Origin: Planctomycetota bacterium
GTDB lineage: Bacteria > Planctomycetota > UBA8742 > UBA2392
Direction of reading: 5' to 3'
Assembly: GCA_019912315.1 (NCBI GenBank)
Contig: JAIOJA010000049.1
Coordinates: forward strand, 4,448-68,447
Length of the DNA stretch: 64,000 nt
Below, piece after piece: positions 41,673 through 50,906 of this stretch (positions are counted from its first letter, which is position 1; each line of letters begins with the position of its first letter). The notes beneath the pieces were generated by a model that was given only the letters and a program-made list of their open reading frames with translations, had not been told where the DNA came from and searched no databases. The position numbers and the translations under genes were made by a program.

Positions 41673-42419
41673 CTACGTTACTAGGTAGCGGTCTACGGCT
41701 GTGCCTGTCAGTGCCACCCCCTGTGGGTCGCCTTTGAAAATCTGGAAGGCGGACAGGGCGCTTGCTGTCTCCAACGCGTCGAGCAGTTCTTCATCCTGCC
41801 ACAGCTCGATCAACTCGCTGAACGTGACTCTTTCCTGCCGCTGAACCAGGTCTGCCGCGAGTCGTGCGGCCGGCTTCAGTCTCAGGCGCTTCAGTTCGCG
41901 TACGCGTTTCAGGTCCTGCCAGCTATTGGCGAATGCGATCGGTGCCGCCAGAAAGATTGCGGCAAACGTTCGTCTGAACCTGAAATCGTGGTCTTGGTCG
42001 TAGATCGCCAACTTGCGCCGGAACTCGGGCGCGATAGCGACGATTTCCGCTTCATCGGCACTGACTATGAACGACCAGCGCGGTGTTTTCACGCGCGCCA
42101 GAAACGGCGTAAGCAAGACCTGGAAGGTCAGCCCGGCCAGCCCGACTGCTTGAAGGCTGGGGATGGGAATGTCTGTAAAAATAATTACCCAGCCGAAAAG
42201 GAAGAAGAGCGCGATCCAGAGAAAGAACCAAATGAAACAAGCGCTCAGGCCTAGAACCACATGCCAGAGCGCCAACCAACGGTAGGACCGGATTTCCTCA
42301 CGCACCACGTCACGCAGCCAGACCTGCGCTCTACTTAAAGGATCTTCCATCGAGAGATGCCCCAAGGGGAATGCAGGGGTCGACAGGTTCATTCTCCCCC
42401 ATGAACGCGCTTGCGTCAA
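41673..42419 (-). CDS. Integral membrane protein, function unknown
   Basis: The hydrophobic helices are WLALWHVVLGLSACFIWFFLWIALFFLFGWVIIF and AVGLAGLTFQVLLTPFL. The local sequence is AT-richer. No motif was recognised and the start is uncertain. Confidence 0.5.
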   Translation of the reverse strand: MTQARSWGRMNLSTPAFPLGHLSMEDPLSRAQVWLRDVVREEIRSYRWLALWHVVLGLSACFIWFFLWIALFFLFGWVIIFTDIPIPSLQAVGLAGLTFQVLLTPFLARVKTPRWSFIVSADEAEIVAIAPEFRRKLAIYDQDHDFRFRRTFAAIFLAAPIAFANSWQDLKRVRELKRLRLKPAARLAADLVQRQERVTFSELIELWQDEELLDALETASALSAFQIFKGDPQGVALTGTAVDRYLVT

Positions 42420-42439
42420 ATTAACCGCCCGCCGTCGTC

Positions 42440-43876
42440 CTACACGTTCAGCCCTTCGCCTTTGATGGCATCGCCTTCGGCGAGAATCGGCTTGACGTGC
42501 TCAATGATAAACTCGCGGGTCTGCATGGGCGCTAGGCCGACGAATCTTGACGGGTCAAGAATGTCGTCAAGCTCGTTCTTGACCTTGGAAAACACTGGGT
42601 CGCCCTTCAGGCGGGATATCAAATCGTTGTCCGGTGCGCCCTCCTGTTTCATGCGCGCAATCGCGGCATGACTGTGCACGCGAATCGCCTCGTGCACTTC
42701 CTGGCGGTCGCCGCCGGCGCGCACGGTCTGCATGATGATCTTTTCGGTGGCCATCAGGGGCAGCTCTTTGCGCACACGGGTCGCGATCACAGGCTCGTTG
42801 GCGATCAGCCCGCTGCCGATGTTGTGCAGAATGCTCAGCACCACGTCCGCAGCCAGGAAGGTCTCAGGAATGCTCATGCGCCGATTCGCGCTGTCGTCGA
42901 GGGTGCGTTCCAGCCATTGCTCGGCCGCGGTGTAGGCCGCGTTAGTCGGCAGGTTGATCAGGTAGCGCGAGATGGCGCAGACGCGCTCACTGCGCATGGG
43001 GTTGCGCTTGTAGGCCATGGCGCTGCTGCCGATCTGCTTCTCCTCAAACGGCTCATCAAGCTCGCCGAGCCCGCACAGCAGACGAATGTCCGTGGCAAGC
43101 TTTTGCGCAGAAACTCCGATGCCGGCAACGGCCGTCAAAACCTGGTGGTCGTACTTGCGCGGATAGGTCTGCCCGGTGACCGCAAAGGCAGTCTTGTAGC
43201 CCATGCGTTCGCAGACCTTCGTGTTGAGTGCTTTCACCTTGTCGGCGTCGCCGTCAAAGAGTTCCAAAAAGCTGGCCTGGGTGCCGGTGGTCCCTTTCAC
43301 GCCGCGCATGGGCATCTCGCGCTCAAGGCGTGATAGCTCGTGGTAGTCGCTTACCAGGTCCTGGAGCCAGAGTGCGGCGCGCTTGCCCACGGTGGTGAGC
43401 TGGGCAACCTGGAAGTGGGTCGCTCCCAGACAAGGCATGTCGGCCTTGGCTTCGGCAAACTCGGCAAAGGCCGCAATCACTCCGCGCAGTCGTTTCAGCA
43501 GCATGCGCAAACCCTCGCGCATGAGTATTAAATCGGCGTTGTCGGTGACGTAGCAGCTTGTCGCGCCGAGGTGGATGATCCCCTTGGCCGCCGGCGCAAC
43601 GTCGCCGAACGTGTGCACGTGGGCCATCACGTCGTGGCGGAACTGTTTCTCGTAGTCGCTGGCCTTCGCGAAGTCGATGTCGTCCAGATGCGCGCGCATC
43701 TGGCTCACGGCTTCGTCGGTGATCTGGCCTAAACCAAGCTCCTGCTCGGATTCGGCCAAGGCCACCCACAGGCGGCGCCACAGCCCGATACGCTTCTGCT
43801 GGCCAAAAAGCTCGCGCATCTCTTTGGCCGCGTAGCGCCCGACGAGAGGATGCTGGAAGGTGTTGTTGTCTGCCAT
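42440..43876 (-). CDS. purB: Adenylosuccinate lyase
   Basis: The N-terminus LVGRYAAKEMRELFGQQKRIGLWRRLWVALAE and the fumarate-lyase signature GSSAMAYKRNPMRSE are both present. The ORF is 478 aa. Confidence 0.9.
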   Translation of the reverse strand: MADNNTFQHPLVGRYAAKEMRELFGQQKRIGLWRRLWVALAESEQELGLGQITDEAVSQMRAHLDDIDFAKASDYEKQFRHDVMAHVHTFGDVAPAAKGIIHLGATSCYVTDNADLILMREGLRMLLKRLRGVIAAFAEFAEAKADMPCLGATHFQVAQLTTVGKRAALWLQDLVSDYHELSRLEREMPMRGVKGTTGTQASFLELFDGDADKVKALNTKVCERMGYKTAFAVTGQTYPRKYDHQVLTAVAGIGVSAQKLATDIRLLCGLGELDEPFEEKQIGSSAMAYKRNPMRSERVCAISRYLINLPTNAAYTAAEQWLERTLDDSANRRMSIPETFLAADVVLSILHNIGSGLIANEPVIATRVRKELPLMATEKIIMQTVRAGGDRQEVHEAIRVHSHAAIARMKQEGAPDNDLISRLKGDPVFSKVKNELDDILDPSRFVGLAPMQTREFIIEHVKPILAEGDAIKGEGLNV

Positions 43877-43924
43877 CTGCGTCTCCCCCGGCGACTATAA
43901 GCCCGCCCCCGCTATAATCTACGC

Positions 43925-44950
43925 GTGGACAAGTCCTTGCGAATCATTGATGCCAACCTGAACCGGGCCCGCGAGGGGCTGCGCACGGCCGAAGAGTACG
44001 CCCGCCTGGTGGCGAGCGATTCTGTCTCCGCCCAGGCCCTGAAAGACGTGCGAAGGCACATCCAGACGTGCGCCGAGGCCTTCGGCCCGGAGTTGCTGGC
44101 TGCGCGCGACATACAGCGCGATGTCGGTGTACGGCCCGATGCGGACGACGTATCACGCGGAACAGAGAAGGATGTCACCGCGGCCGGGCTGAAACGCGCC
44201 CAGGAAGCCCTGCGGGTCATTGAGGAGTTTGCCCAACTGCACTCCCCCACCGCGGCTGCGGCTGCCGCCAAGGCCCGTTACCGCTTGTACGCGGCCGAGC
44301 AGCAGTTGTTGGTCACGGCGCCGCGCCGCCTGATCCTGCGCGACAGCCCGGTGATGGCCGTGTTCTCGGATGCCAGTCTGTACGAAACCTGGCGCGATGT
44401 GTTGTCCAGTCTGCTTGACGCCGGCTGCCGACTGTTCCAGTTGCGCGAAAAGACAGGCACGACACGCAACTTTTTCGATTTTGCCCGGGCGTTCCTGCAC
44501 ATTGCCGACAAATCCGATGCCCTGGTTATCATCAACGACAGGCCGGATATCGCATCCGCAACAGGCGCCGGGGGTGTGCATATCGGCCAAACGGACCTGC
44601 CCCTACCCCAAACCCGCGCAATCATGGGCCCGGCAGCCATCATCGGGGTCAGCACCCACGATTCGGCCGAGGCCCTGGACGCCCAGGACGAAGGGGCGGA
44701 CTACGTCGGCCTGGGTGCAATGTTTCCCACAGACACCAAAAATGTACAATCAGTCACCGGCCCAAGAGGCGTCTCAGAGGTGCGGGTAGACATTCCTGTC
44801 TTCTGCATCGGGGGCATCACGCGGGCCAATGTCGGTGAGCTTGCTGGTCACGGCGCGCGACACATTGCTGTGTCGAGTGCCCTGCTCAACGCCGCCGATC
44901 CGGGTGCGGAATACCGGGCCCTGTGCCAGGCCCTTGGAGAGCAAGCATGA
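43925..44950 (+). CDS. thiE: Thiamine-phosphate synthase with an N-terminal helical extension of about 125 aa
   Basis: The C-terminal TIM-barrel blocks are LFQLREK, VIINDRPDIA, GVHIGQTDLP, IIGVSTH, DYVGLGAMFPTDTK and FCIGGI. The N-terminal LRIIDANLNRAREGLRTAEEYARL domain is the one I recall fused to ThiE in some phyla. GTG start. Confidence 0.85.
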   Translation: MDKSLRIIDANLNRAREGLRTAEEYARLVASDSVSAQALKDVRRHIQTCAEAFGPELLAARDIQRDVGVRPDADDVSRGTEKDVTAAGLKRAQEALRVIEEFAQLHSPTAAAAAAKARYRLYAAEQQLLVTAPRRLILRDSPVMAVFSDASLYETWRDVLSSLLDAGCRLFQLREKTGTTRNFFDFARAFLHIADKSDALVIINDRPDIASATGAGGVHIGQTDLPLPQTRAIMGPAAIIGVSTHDSAEALDAQDEGADYVGLGAMFPTDTKNVQSVTGPRGVSEVRVDIPVFCIGGITRANVGELAGHGARHIAVSSALLNAADPGAEYRALCQALGEQA

Positions 44951-45801
44951 AGACTCTCACCTTCTCGTTACTGTGCGTCGCGCTGCTGAGCGTCGTTTCG
45001 TTCGCGCAGGACGGCGACGACGAACTCCAACTACATCTTAAAAGCGGCGACGTGCTGCCAGGCACAGTTAAAAAAGTTGACGAAGACGGCATTAAGCTCG
45101 ACATCGGCGACGGCGTCGAGTTGTTCATCCGCTGGGAGTACACCCGCGGCGACAAGCACTATGAGCTGCGCAAGTCGGCCACCGATTTCACCAAGATCAA
45201 GTCAGTGTTGAAGCTGGCCGACTTCTGCCACGACTTCGCCATGGATGAGCAGGAATCCTACGTCCTGGTGGCGGCCCTGAAGCTCGAGCCCAAGAACGAA
45301 GAAGTCCGCCAGCGCCTGAAAGAGCTGCCGGAAGTGGGAGGGCTTGAAATTCCCGGTGAAACGGTCAAGCCGGACCCCGAAGTGAAGCCCGATCCGATGC
45401 CCGAGGATCCGCTGCCGCCACCCACGCGCACAACGTTTACAGTCTGGGTCAAGATGACCGAGAAGGACGACGCGGCCGAAACCTGGATGTACGAGCACTT
45501 CGAAGAAATGAACTACAAGACCGGCACGGAAAAGGACCACGAAATCCGCATTGAGCTGAAGCTGGACATGAAACTCATCAAGAACCCTGAGTTCATGGGG
45601 GCTGAACTGTACGCCATCTACGACGGCACGCTGGAGTACAAGCTGTTCAGGAAGGGCGAAAGCGCGCCTTTCGACGACGGCAGCGTAAAGAAGGAAAACA
45701 TCCGCCGCGACACCCGCGACGAGGCTCGCAACCGCTGCCGCACGGAGTTGTGCGAGTCGGCGTTCGAGAAGGCCTACGCCAGCATCGAAAAGCTCCGCTA
45801 A
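44947..45801 (+). CDS. Secreted hypothetical protein
   Basis: The ATG overlaps the thiE stop (ATGA). The signal peptide is MKTLTFSLLCVALLSVVSFAQ. A Pro/Glu-rich linker is present and no motif was recognised. Confidence 0.6.
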   Translation: MKTLTFSLLCVALLSVVSFAQDGDDELQLHLKSGDVLPGTVKKVDEDGIKLDIGDGVELFIRWEYTRGDKHYELRKSATDFTKIKSVLKLADFCHDFAMDEQESYVLVAALKLEPKNEEVRQRLKELPEVGGLEIPGETVKPDPEVKPDPMPEDPLPPPTRTTFTVWVKMTEKDDAAETWMYEHFEEMNYKTGTEKDHEIRIELKLDMKLIKNPEFMGAELYAIYDGTLEYKLFRKGESAPFDDGSVKKENIRRDTRDEARNRCRTELCESAFEKAYASIEKLR

Positions 45802-45914
45802 CCGGGCGGCCGACACGTCGCATTCCGACCGCACAACGCGACGATCGATAAATATTGCGCAGAAATCGCGCGGCATCCAATCGACCACGTCGTAAACTGT
45901 TCGCGAGGACGCCC

Positions 45915-47399
45915 ATGCGATGCACAACTTTCCTGCTTCTTGCCGTCGCCATACTGCTGGGTGCCTGTACGGAAGAAATCGCCACCAAAGGCAAGGTCGT
46001 TTACACTTGGCAGTTCGCGCTGCTTTCTCCGGAGGAGTTGCCCGACGCCTCCGTAGGGCTGCCCTACGACGTAATGCTTTCCTACAGCGTCACCGGCGTT
46101 GATCCCTATTCGTGGAGCCTGTCCGCGGGAAGCCTGCCGCCCGGCCTGTCCCTGACGACTACTACTGGGCGCGAATGCCGCCTGCATGGAACTCCCACGC
46201 AGATCGGCGCCTACCCCTTCAGCATTGAAATCGGCAGCTCGGTCGGCGCGCTTGCGTTTGATCGCGTGATACGGGTTTACCCGAGCGGCAGTCTGCTGGT
46301 GACGACCGTCGCGCTGGGCCCGGGCATGAACGGCGGCAACTACGGCGTGAATGTGGGGGCCACAGGTGGCAGCGGGGCCGGTTACAGCTGGGAGCTCGAA
46401 AGCGGCACGTTGCCACCCGGGCTCAACCTGGACTATCGCGACGACACCATCAACTGGGGCTCGTTTGTCACTACGGGCAGCGTGGACCAGTCCCTGGGCA
46501 ATGAACAGCTAAGCCAGGTCAGTGGGCTTGTACCCAGCGCCAGCCAGCCGGGCGTGTTCTGGATGCACGACGACACGGTTCTTGGGCCGCTGCTGTACGC
46601 GGTCAACGCCGGCGGTGACATTTTGCAGCAGTACCAGCTTTCGACGACACGGATTGACTGGGAAGACATCGCCATAGGCCCCGGTTCCGGCTTCGACTAC
46701 ATTTACATCGGTGACTTTGGCGATGATGCCGGCAGCCGCGCTGACTGCCGAATTCTGCGCGTTTCCGAGCCCACGGTGCCCCCAGGCCCCACGGGCGTGC
46801 AGCCGCTGGTACCGGAAGAATTCTGGTTCACCTACCCCGGCGGCGCACAGGACTGTGAAACGCTGCTGTTTGACCGTGAAAGCGGCACGCCCTATCTGAT
46901 TGAGCGCACGCCCAACACCTCGCCGCGCGTGCATAAATTTCCAATGCCCCTGGACACAGCCTGGGATCAACAGAACCCGGTGACGCTGATTGGCGTCCCG
47001 GCGACAGGAACATTCGCGCCAACGATTACAGGTGGCGACAGCAGCCGCGATGGGCGGCGCGTGATTTTGCGGGGCTACAACAGTGCACGCGAATATGCAC
47101 GACCCAGCGGTGCGGACTTCGAAGAAATTTTCAACCAGGCAGGCACCAGCATAGCTGCCCCAGGTGGACAGGTGTACGAAGCCATCGCCTACGGCGGCGA
47201 CGGAACGACGCTGTGGACAACGACAGAGCTAGGCATGTTCCCCGATGTTCCGCTGCACCGCGCGGACGCTCCCGCTGACAACGGCTTCACAACGATCAGC
47301 GGCGTGCCAATGGCACCGGGCGCGTGGGCGTTTACGCTGCAAGTCACTGACTCTGCGGGTAACAAGGCCAAGCGCACCTTCGTCATCGTGATCAACTAA
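45915..47399 (+). CDS. Lipoprotein with He_PIG-like repeats and a propeller-like domain, function unknown
   Basis: The ATG at 45915 gives MRCTTFLLLAVAILLGACTEE, a lipobox signal. He_PIG units are GSLPPGLSLTTTTGRECRLHGTP and GTLPPGLNL. The central block is IDWEDIAIGPG...IYIGDFGDD...CRILRVSEP. Confidence 0.7.
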   Translation: MRCTTFLLLAVAILLGACTEEIATKGKVVYTWQFALLSPEELPDASVGLPYDVMLSYSVTGVDPYSWSLSAGSLPPGLSLTTTTGRECRLHGTPTQIGAYPFSIEIGSSVGALAFDRVIRVYPSGSLLVTTVALGPGMNGGNYGVNVGATGGSGAGYSWELESGTLPPGLNLDYRDDTINWGSFVTTGSVDQSLGNEQLSQVSGLVPSASQPGVFWMHDDTVLGPLLYAVNAGGDILQQYQLSTTRIDWEDIAIGPGSGFDYIYIGDFGDDAGSRADCRILRVSEPTVPPGPTGVQPLVPEEFWFTYPGGAQDCETLLFDRESGTPYLIERTPNTSPRVHKFPMPLDTAWDQQNPVTLIGVPATGTFAPTITGGDSSRDGRRVILRGYNSAREYARPSGADFEEIFNQAGTSIAAPGGQVYEAIAYGGDGTTLWTTTELGMFPDVPLHRADAPADNGFTTISGVPMAPGAWAFTLQVTDSAGNKAKRTFVIVIN

Positions 47400-47869
47400 C
47401 GCTTGGCCCCGGGCTTGCGAGTGGCGACTTGGGCCGTTGGTGTGCTTGTGCGTTGCTGCACGCCGTCGCCGACCTTGGTAGCACCATACACTAGAGTCAG
47501 CAGGAACGCGCACATGGCGAATACCGCACCGGCCATCGCGGCCACGAGGCTGGTACCCTTGAGTATCCAGCCCAGCGGCGCGCCAACGAAGAAGCCTGCG
47601 CCGCTGGTGATCAGGCTGATCAACCCGAAACGCGTGGAATTCTGCGGTTTCGCGGCGACTGCGCCGTCCGTGAAGCACTTCGCACGGATCTCCCTGGCGT
47701 ACTCCAGGTGCTTGCGCTCGACCTTGACGGCGCAACTGCGCCCGTTGTCCGTGTCGCGGATGCGTTCGAGCCTTGCGGCGTAGCCTTCCTCTTCGATAAG
47801 CGTCCGCAGGAACTCGGCGTCCTGCTCAATCAGGGGCGCGCCTACGCGCACCCAGTCAGTGGGGTTCAT
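47396..47869 (-). CDS. DUF2007-like (small signal-transduction-fold) domain protein with a C-terminal TM segment
   Basis: MNPTDWVRVGAPLIEQDAEFLRTLIEEEGYAARLERI is followed by hydrophobic helices FGLISLITSGAGFFVGAPLGWIL and LVAAMAGAVFAMCAFLLTLV. Confidence 0.55.
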   Translation of the reverse strand: MNPTDWVRVGAPLIEQDAEFLRTLIEEEGYAARLERIRDTDNGRSCAVKVERKHLEYAREIRAKCFTDGAVAAKPQNSTRFGLISLITSGAGFFVGAPLGWILKGTSLVAAMAGAVFAMCAFLLTLVYGATKVGDGVQQRTSTPTAQVATRKPGAKR

Positions 47870-47878
47870 ATTGTTCCT

Positions 47879-48160
47879 TTAGGCAGCCGGGCGACGACGG
47901 CGCAGGATGCCGGTAAGGCTCCAGCGGCGCGTGGGTCGGCGGGTCGGGCCTGTGAAGTTGTGGTCGCGGATCTCAAACGCAATGTCCGCGTGCTCGTCAC
48001 GTACGTAGACGCGCCAGCTTCGACCGTTCTTGATCTCAAGAGGGTCGGTGATTCGTTCGATCCGTGCCGGGTAACCTGCCTGGTGGATAAGATCGCGAAG
48101 GAAATGAGCGTCTTGCTCAGTCACGGGTGCGCCGATTGGCACCCACACATCAGGGTTCAC
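47879..48160 (-). CDS. DUF2007-like domain protein (93 aa), tandem paralog of 47396..47869
   Basis: The GTG at 48160 gives (M)NPDVWVPIGAPVTEQDAHFLRDLIHQAGYPARIERI, which aligns by eye with the neighbour's N-terminus. The ORF-track start at 48550 would overlap the carboxyltransferase gene. Confidence 0.5.
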   Translation of the reverse strand: MNPDVWVPIGAPVTEQDAHFLRDLIHQAGYPARIERITDPLEIKNGRSWRVYVRDEHADIAFEIRDHNFTGPTRRPTRRWSLTGILRRRRPAA

Positions 48161-48356
48161 TGCATCTGCTCCTGCGCCCCTAAAGGGCGCGCGAGCCACT
48201 ATATCACGCCACGCCCCCTGTAAATCGGCCCCGGCGGCAGCGGATGCTGAGCGACCATCCCCCACCGGCAGTAGCCCGCGCTTGGAAGTCGGGCGCGCTT
48301 GCGTTGCCTGTGTCGCAGCCCCCGTTATAGTCTGCCCAGCATTGGGAAAGGCTGTC

Positions 48357-50069
48357 ATGGGTGAGAAGCAGGCTGAGAAGGCGAAGAAGTTTGAGCTGCC
48401 GGCGGACCGGATTCCTAACAAGGTTTCCAAGGCGCGCATGGATTCCGACGAGTGGAAGAAGAACGTCGAGGCCATGAACGCGCTGGTGAGCAGGCACACC
48501 GAGACGGCCGAAAAGCTGCGTCTCGGCGGCGGGGCGAAAGCGATTGCCAAAAAGGAATCCCGGGGCCAGCTTCCGCCGCGCGAGCGGGTAAACGCTCTGC
48601 TTGATCCCGGTACACCCTTCCTTGAATACGGGCTTTACGCCGGGCTCGGCATGTATGACGAGTGGGGCATTCCGTCCGCGAATGTCATCACCGGTGTCGG
48701 CAAGGTCAAAGGGCGCGATGTCATGGTCGTCGCCAACGACGGCACGATAAAAGCCGGCGCCTTCTGCCCCATGACCAGCAAGAAAGTCCTGCGGGCACAG
48801 CGAGTGGCGATGGAAAACCACCTGCCGCTGATTTATCTGGTGGATTCCGCGGGCGTATTCCTGCCTCTGCAGGACGAAGTGTTCCCGGACAAGGACGACT
48901 TCGGCAAGGTCTTCGACTACGCCGCGCGCATCAGCGCCATGGGTATTCCGCAGATCAGCGCGGTCATGGGGTTGTGCGTCGCAGGCGGCGCCTATCTGCC
49001 CGTGCTGTGTGACCACGTGCTGATGACTGAAGGCAGCGGCATGTATCTCGCCGCCGCGGCGCTGGCAAAGGCCGCCAAGACCACCACGGGCGATGTCACC
49101 AACGATGAAATCGGCGGCGCACGTGTCCACGCTGAAAAGTCCGGCACGGCCGACTACGTTTGCAAGGATGACACCGAGTGCATCGAGAAAATTCGCAGCA
49201 TCGTCGGCATGTTCAAGGACACACCGAAGGCGCCATTCAACAAGGAAGCCGCGAAGCCCCCAGCGTACGACGCCAGTGAGTTGCGCGGCATCATGCCGGA
49301 CAACCCGAACAAGGGCTATGAGATGCGCGATGTAATCGCGCGCGTTGTCGATGACAGCATCTTCAACGAGTACAAGCCGGACTACGGCAAGACCCTGCTG
49401 TGCGGCTACGCGCGCATTGGCGGCTGGGCTGTCGGCATCGTGGCCAATCAGAAGGATACGATCCGCCACAAGGACAAACCCTGGGAAACCGGCGGGGTGA
49501 TCTATCACGACGCCGCCGACAAAGCCGCGCGTTTCATCATGGACTGCAATCAACTCGGTGTCCCGCTGGTGTTCCTGCACGACGTCAACGGCTTCATGGT
49601 CGGCCCGGAAAGCGAGCACAACGGTATCATCCGCAAGGGCGCCAAAATGGTGAACGCGATGGCGAATTCCGTCGTGCCGAAGTTCAGCATCATTGTCGGC
49701 GGCAGCTTCGGCGCGGGGCACTACGCCATGTGCGGCCGCGCCTATCGCCCGAGATACATCGCCGCCTGGCCCAGCGCGCGCTACGCCGTGATGGGTGGCG
49801 ACGCGGCCAGCAACACACTGTTGACCTTGCAGATCAGCAAGATGAAGGCGCAGGGCAAGGAAGTCAGTGACGAAGATGCCAAGACTCTGCTGGCCGACAT
49901 CAAGCAGCGCTACACGGACGCCACGCACCCCGCATACGGCGCCGCCCGCCTGTGGCTGGACGCGATCATTGAGCCCGAGGAAACCAGAGAATCGCTGATT
50001 CACGCAATCGCCATGTCTGCCAACAACCCGGTTCTTCCCGAGTACAAGACGGGCGTGTTGCAAACCTGA
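48357..50069 (+). CDS. Acyl-CoA carboxylase carboxyltransferase (beta) subunit, methylcrotonyl-/propionyl-CoA carboxylase type
   Basis: The ATG at 48357 gives MGEKQAEK. The blocks GGGAKAIAKKESRGQLPPRERVNALLDPGTPFLE, VMVVANDGTIKAGAF, LIYLVDSAGVFLPLQDEVFPD, IPQISAVMG.CVAGGAY and IGGARVH match the carboxyl_trans family. Confidence 0.85.
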   Translation: MGEKQAEKAKKFELPADRIPNKVSKARMDSDEWKKNVEAMNALVSRHTETAEKLRLGGGAKAIAKKESRGQLPPRERVNALLDPGTPFLEYGLYAGLGMYDEWGIPSANVITGVGKVKGRDVMVVANDGTIKAGAFCPMTSKKVLRAQRVAMENHLPLIYLVDSAGVFLPLQDEVFPDKDDFGKVFDYAARISAMGIPQISAVMGLCVAGGAYLPVLCDHVLMTEGSGMYLAAAALAKAAKTTTGDVTNDEIGGARVHAEKSGTADYVCKDDTECIEKIRSIVGMFKDTPKAPFNKEAAKPPAYDASELRGIMPDNPNKGYEMRDVIARVVDDSIFNEYKPDYGKTLLCGYARIGGWAVGIVANQKDTIRHKDKPWETGGVIYHDAADKAARFIMDCNQLGVPLVFLHDVNGFMVGPESEHNGIIRKGAKMVNAMANSVVPKFSIIVGGSFGAGHYAMCGRAYRPRYIAAWPSARYAVMGGDAASNTLLTLQISKMKAQGKEVSDEDAKTLLADIKQRYTDATHPAYGAARLWLDAIIEPEETRESLIHAIAMSANNPVLPEYKTGVLQT

Positions 50070-50132
50070 GCCGGCTTATCGTTTTCGCAGCAGGCGCCGA
50101 ATGCTAGAGTGCGGCTGTTCCGGAGAACATCC

Positions 50133-50903
50133 ATGCCGCGATTCATTCTGCTGAGCGTGTTGCTCCTCACTGCCGCCGTCTTGTCCGGGCAGGACATCAA
50201 CGACATGAAATACGGCTTTACGGCGCGCGTGCCGGCCGGGTTCAACCGAATGCCGCCAGGGCGCGCGAAAATCAGCGCAAGCACGATTCATGCGTTCTAC
50301 GTCGGCGACCTCGATGACGCCGAGCCCGACATGGTGATCGGGATCGAGCACCTGGGCGGCACGATCGGGCGAGAACGCCTGGATACCGCCGGTATTCCCA
50401 AGCCGTCCGGCGCACATATCACGGCGGAAACCGCCGTCTGGAAAGACTTCGAGGTGGATGTGCTGGTCACGTACATGACCGCCAACGGCCACGAGGTGTT
50501 TACGATGACCGCCCAGATTCCGCTCAAGCGAGAAGCCATTCAGGTGACCATCGCGGCCCCCAGAGCGCGAGAGGCGGAAGTGCGCAACCACATGCGCTTC
50601 ATGCTGGAGAACCTCGACGGGGAATCAAACTGGCTGAATGGAAAAGAGCGCGTCGCCCGGCTGACAGAGGGCTTGCTGAAGTTGGGTCTGTTCCTCGCCA
50701 TGGTGGTCGGCGGGATCATTCTGATTGTCCGGTCGCGCAAGAAGCGCAAGGCGCAAAACTACCCGGCGCAGCCCGGGTTGGGCTGTCCTCCACAGCATCC
50801 AGGGCCGTACCCGCACCCCGGAAGCGCACCGCCGCCACACCCGATGCAACCCGTACCGCCGCGAACACAACCCCCACAGAGGCCGTCAAACCCACGGAGC
50901 TGA
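50133..50903 (+). CDS. Signal peptide + about 170-aa domain + TM helix + Pro-rich tail protein (paralog 1)
   Basis: The ATG at 50133 gives MPRFILLSVLLLTAAVLSGQD. The TM helix is LGLFLAMVVGGIILIV. The tail is PAQPGLGCPPQHPGPYPHPGSAPPPHPMQPVPP. Confidence 0.6.
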   Translation: MPRFILLSVLLLTAAVLSGQDINDMKYGFTARVPAGFNRMPPGRAKISASTIHAFYVGDLDDAEPDMVIGIEHLGGTIGRERLDTAGIPKPSGAHITAETAVWKDFEVDVLVTYMTANGHEVFTMTAQIPLKREAIQVTIAAPRAREAEVRNHMRFMLENLDGESNWLNGKERVARLTEGLLKLGLFLAMVVGGIILIVRSRKKRKAQNYPAQPGLGCPPQHPGPYPHPGSAPPPHPMQPVPPRTQPPQRPSNPRS

Positions 50904-50906
50904 CAC

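Noticed and set aside
48204-50063. 619-aa minus-strand ORF covering the whole carboxyltransferase gene.
   Set aside because: It is a mirror ORF of a gene with unmistakable carboxyl_trans motifs on the plus strand, and it has no recognisable motif itself. The same reasoning applies to 37255..38586(+), 54726..55783(-), 59263..60330(-), 19073..20005(+), 23034..23675(-) and 31622..32404(-).
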